Of a stretch of DNA of 64,000 nucleotides, positions 59,901 through 64,000 are shown piece after piece. Made by a program: the position numbers and the translations under genes. The stretch is from Squalus acanthias (lineage: Eukaryota), in assembly GCA_030390025.1 (NCBI GenBank), contig JASTWF010000035.1, positions 1,922,001 through 1,986,000 on the forward strand, written 5' to 3'. Under the pieces are notes generated by a model that was not told the DNA's origin, made no database searches, and saw only the letters and a program-made list of their open reading frames with translations. Position 1 is the stretch's first letter, and every line of letters starts with the position of its first letter.

Positions 59901-62900
59901 AGAGTGACAGAGTACTTTAAACAGAGCGGGAGTGGAGAGCCAGAGTGACAGAGTACTTTAAACAGAGCGAGCAGAGAGCCAGAGCGACAGAGTACTTTAA
60001 ACAGAGGGGGAGCGGAGAGCCAGAGTGACAGAGTACTTTAAACAGAGCGAGCAGAGAGCCAGAGTGGCAGAGTACTTTAAACAGAGGGGGAGTGGAGAGC
60101 CAGAGTGACAGAGTACTTTAAACAGAGCGAGCAGAGAGACAGAGGGGCAGAGTACTTTAAACAGAGGGGGAGTGGAGAGCCAGAGTGACAGAGTACTTTA
60201 AACAGAGCGAGCATTGAGTGAGAGCGACAGAGTACTTTAAACAGAGGGGGAGCGGAGAGCCAGAGTGGCAGAGTACTTTAAACAGAGGGGGAGCGGAGAG
60301 CCAGAGTGGCAGAGTACTTTAAACAGAGCGAGAGCAGAGAGCCAGAGTGACAGAGTACTTTAAACAGAGCGAGCAGAGAGCCAGAGTGACAGAGTACTTT
60401 AAACAGAGCGAGAGCAGAGAGCCAGAGTGGCACCGTACTTTAAACAGAGAGAGAGCAGAGAGCCAGAGTGACAGAGTACTTTAAACAGAGCGAGCAGAGA
60501 GCCAGAGTGGCAGCATACTTTAAACAGAGCGGGAGTGGAGAGCCAGAGGGGCAGAGTACTTTAAACAGAGCGAGAGCAGAGAGCCAGAGTGACAGAGTAC
60601 TTTAAACAGAGGGAGCAGAGAGCCAGAGTGACAGAGTACTTTAAACAGAGCGAGAGCAGGGAGCCAGAGCGACAGAGTACTTTAAACAGAGCGGGAGTGG
60701 AGAGCCAGAGTGACAGAGTACTGTAAACAGAGCGGGAGCAGAGAGCCAGAGTGACAGAGTACTTTAAACAGAGCGGGAGCGTAGAGCCAGAGTGGCAGAG
60801 TACTTTAAACAGAGCGATAGCGGAGGGCCAGAGTGACAGAGTACTTTAAACAGAGCGAGCAGAGAGCCAGAGGGGCAGAGTACTTTAAACAGAGCGGGAG
60901 CAAAGAGCCAGAGTGGCAGAGTACTTTAAACAGAGCGAGCAGAGAGCCAGAGTGACAGAGTACTTTAAACAGAGCGAGAGCAGAGAGCCAGAGTGGCAGA
61001 GTGCTTTAAACAGAGCGAGCAGAGAGCCAGAGTGACAGAGTACTTTAAACAGAGCGAGAGCGGAGAGCCAGAGTGACAGAGTACATTAAACAGAGCGAGA
61101 GCAGAGAGCCAGAGTGACAGAGTACTTTAAACAGAGCGAGAGCAGAGAGCCAGAGTGACAGAGTACTTTAAACAGAGGAGGAGCGGAGAGCCAGAGTGAC
61201 AGAGTACTTTAAACAGAGCGGGAGCGGAGAGCCAGAGTGACAGAGTACTTTAAACAGAGTGGGAGCAGAGAGCCAGAGTGACAGAGTACTTTAAACAGAG
61301 CGCGAGCAGAGAGCCAGAGCGACAGAGTACTTTAAACAGAGCGAGAGCGGAGAGCCAGAGTGACAGAGTACTTTAAACAGAGCGGGAGCAGAGAGCCAGA
61401 GTGACAGAGTACTTTAAACAGAGCGGGAGCGGAGAGCCAGAGTGACAGAGTACTTTAAACAGAGCGAGCAGAGAGCCAGAGTGACAGAGTACTTTAAACA
61501 GAGCGAGAGCGGAGAGCCAGAGTGACAGAGTACTTTAAACAGAGCGGGAGCGGAGAGCCAGAGTGACAGAGTACTTTAAACAGAGCGAGAGCAGAGAGCC
61601 AGAGTGGCAGAGTACTTTAAACAGAGCGGGAGCAGAGAGCCAGAGTGACAGAGTACTTTAAACAGAGCGAGAGCAGAGAGCCAGAGTGACAGAGTACTTT
61701 AAACAGAGCGGGAGCAGAGAGCCAGAGTGGCAGAGTACTTTAAACAGAGCGGGAGCGGAGAGCCAGAGTGACAGAGTACTTTAAACAGAGCGGGTGCGGA
61801 GAGCCAGAGTGGCAGAGTACTTTAAACAGAGCGGGTGCGGAGAGCCAGAGTGACAGAGTACTTTAAACAGAGCGAGAGCGGGGAGCCAGAGTGACAGAGT
61901 ACTTTAAACAGAGCGAGCAGAGAGCGAGAGTGACTGAGTACTTTAAACAGAGCGATAGCGGAGGGCCAGAGTGACAGAGTACTTTAAACAGAGCGAGCAG
62001 AGAGCCAGAGTGGCAGAGTACTTTAAACAGAGGGGGAGCAAAGAGCCAGAGTGACAGAGTACTTTAAACAGAGCGAGCAGAGAGCCAGAGTGGCAGAGTA
62101 CTTTAAACAGAGGGGGAGCAGAGAGCCAGAGTGACAGAGTACTTTAAACAGAGCGATAGCGGAGGGCCAGAGTGGCAGAGTACTTTAAACAGAGGGGGAG
62201 CAAAGAGCCAGAGTGACAGAGTACTTTAAACAGAGCGAGCAGAGAGCCAGAGTGGCAGAGTACTTTAAACAGAGCGGGAGCAAAGAGCCAGAATGACAGA
62301 GTACTTCAAACAGAGCGAGCAGAGAGCCAGAGTGGCAGAGTACTTTAAACAGAGGGGGAGCAGAGAGCCAGAGTGACAGAGTACTTTAAACAGAGCGAGC
62401 AGAGAGCCAGAGTGACAGAGTACTTTAAACAGAGGGGAGCGGAGAGCCAGAGTGACAGAGTACTTTAAACAGAGCGGGAGCAGAGAGCCAGAGTGACAGA
62501 GTACTTTAAACAGAGCGAGCAGAGAGCCAGAGTGGCAGAGTACTTTAAACAGAGCGGGAGCAAAGAGCCAGAGTGACAGAGTACTTCAAACAGAGCGAGC
62601 AGAGAGCCAGAGTGGCAGAGTACTTTAAACAGAGGGGGAGCAGAGAGCCAGAGTGACAGAGTACTTTAAACAGAGCGATAGCGGTGGGCCAGAGTGACAG
62701 AGTACTTTAAACAGAGCGAGCAGAGAGCCAGAGTGGCAGAGTACTTTAAACAGAGCGGGAGCAAAGAGCCATAGTGACAGAGTACTTTAAACAGAGCGAG
62801 CAGAGAGCCAGAGTGGCAGAGTACTTTAAACAGAGCGGGAGCAAAGAGCCAGAGTGACAGAGTACTTTAAACAGAGCGAGCAGAGAGCCAGAGTGGCAGA

Positions 62901-64000
62901 GTACTTTAAACAGAGGGGGAGCAGAGAGCCAGAGTGACAGAGTACTTTAAACAGAGCGAGCAGAGAGCCAGAGTGACAGAGTACTTTAAACAGAGCAGGA
63001 GCGGAGCCAGAGTGGCAGAGTACTTTAAACAGAGCGGGAGCAGAGAGCCAGAGTGACAGAGTACTTTAAACAGAGCGAGCAGAGAGCCAGAGTGACAGAG
63101 TACTTTAAACAGAGCGGGAGCGGAGAGCCAGAGTGGCAGAGTACTTTAAACAGAGCGGGAGCAGAGAGCCAGAGTGACAGAGTACTTTAAACAGAGCGAG
63201 CAGAGAGCCAGAGTGACAGAGTACTTTAAACAGAGCGAGCAGAGAGCCAGAGTGACAGAGTACTTTAAACAGAGCGAGAGCAGAGAGCCAGAGTGACAGA
63301 GTACTTTAAACAGAGCGGGAGTGGAGAGCCAGAGTGACAGAGTACTTTAAACAGAGCGAGCAGAGAGCCAGAGCGACAGAGTACTTTAAACAGAGCGGGA
63401 GCGGAGAGCCAGAGTGACAGAGTACTTTAAACAGAGCGGGAGCAGAGAGCCAGAGTGACAGAGTACTTTAAACAGAGCGAGCAGAGAGCCAGAGTGACAG
63501 AGTACTTTAAACAGAGCGGGAGCGGAGAGCCAGAGTGGCAGAGTACTTTAAACAGAGCGGGAGCAGAGAGCCAGAGTGACAGAGTACTTTAAACAGAGCG
63601 AGCAGAGAGCCAGAGTGACAGAGTACTTTAAACAGAGCGAGCAGAGAGCCAGAGTGACAGAGTACTTTAAACAGAGCGAGAGCAGAGAGCCAGAGTGACA
63701 GAGTACTTTAAACAGAGCGGGAGCTGGAGAGCCAGAGTGACAGAGTACTTTAAACAGAGCGAGCAGAGAGCCAGAGCGACAGAGTACTTTAAACAGAGCG
63801 GGAGCGGAGAGCCAGAGTGACAGAGTACTTTAAACAGAGCGAGCAGAGAGCCAGAGTGGCAGAGTACTTTAAACAGAGGGGGAGTGGAGAGCCAGAGTGA
63901 CAGAGTACTTTAAACAGAGCGAGCAGAGAGACAGAGGGGCAGAGTACTTTAAACAGAGGGGGAGTGGAGAGCCAGAGTGACAGAGTACTTTAAACAGAGC
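29904..64000 (+). repeat. 41/39-bp satellite array, at least 34 kb (~840 units by length), running off the window end
   Basis: Consensus CAGAGTACTTTAAACAGAGCG(G/A)GAGC(A/G)GAGAGCCAGAGTG(A/G), head-to-tail in a single orientation. Confidence 0.99.

Noticed and set aside
29904..64000. CRISPR-like look of a constant repeat with variable inserts
   Set aside because: The variable parts are only 9-11 bp, are variants of one sequence and recur hundreds of times. There are no cas genes and the context is vertebrate.

Overview
Eukaryotic, repeat-dominated genomic DNA. The mix of CR1, L2, tRNA-derived SINE, Penelope-like and MITE families is what I associate with cartilaginous fish (shark); that assignment is an inference. 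There is no prokaryotic system and no CRISPR array. Bases 1-29.9 kb are a nest of retroelements: young and old CR1 LINEs (one nearly full length with a nested TIR element), L2 fragments, a tRNA-headed LINE family, a Penelope-like end with a degenerate hammerhead motif, and two G-rich minisatellites. Scattered among these on the + strand are probable 3' exons of a host type I membrane protein: a clear transmembrane exon at 2169-2319 and weaker cytoplasmic-tail exon candidates. Bases ~29.9-64 kb are one ~34 kb purine-rich 41/39-bp satellite with multi-kb higher-order duplications. The most notable arrangement is the transmembrane exon lying in the loop of a near-identical ~860-bp inverted CR1 pair. 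I do not see convincing evidence of a new biological system. Boundaries of old repeats are approximate and identities were judged by eye.
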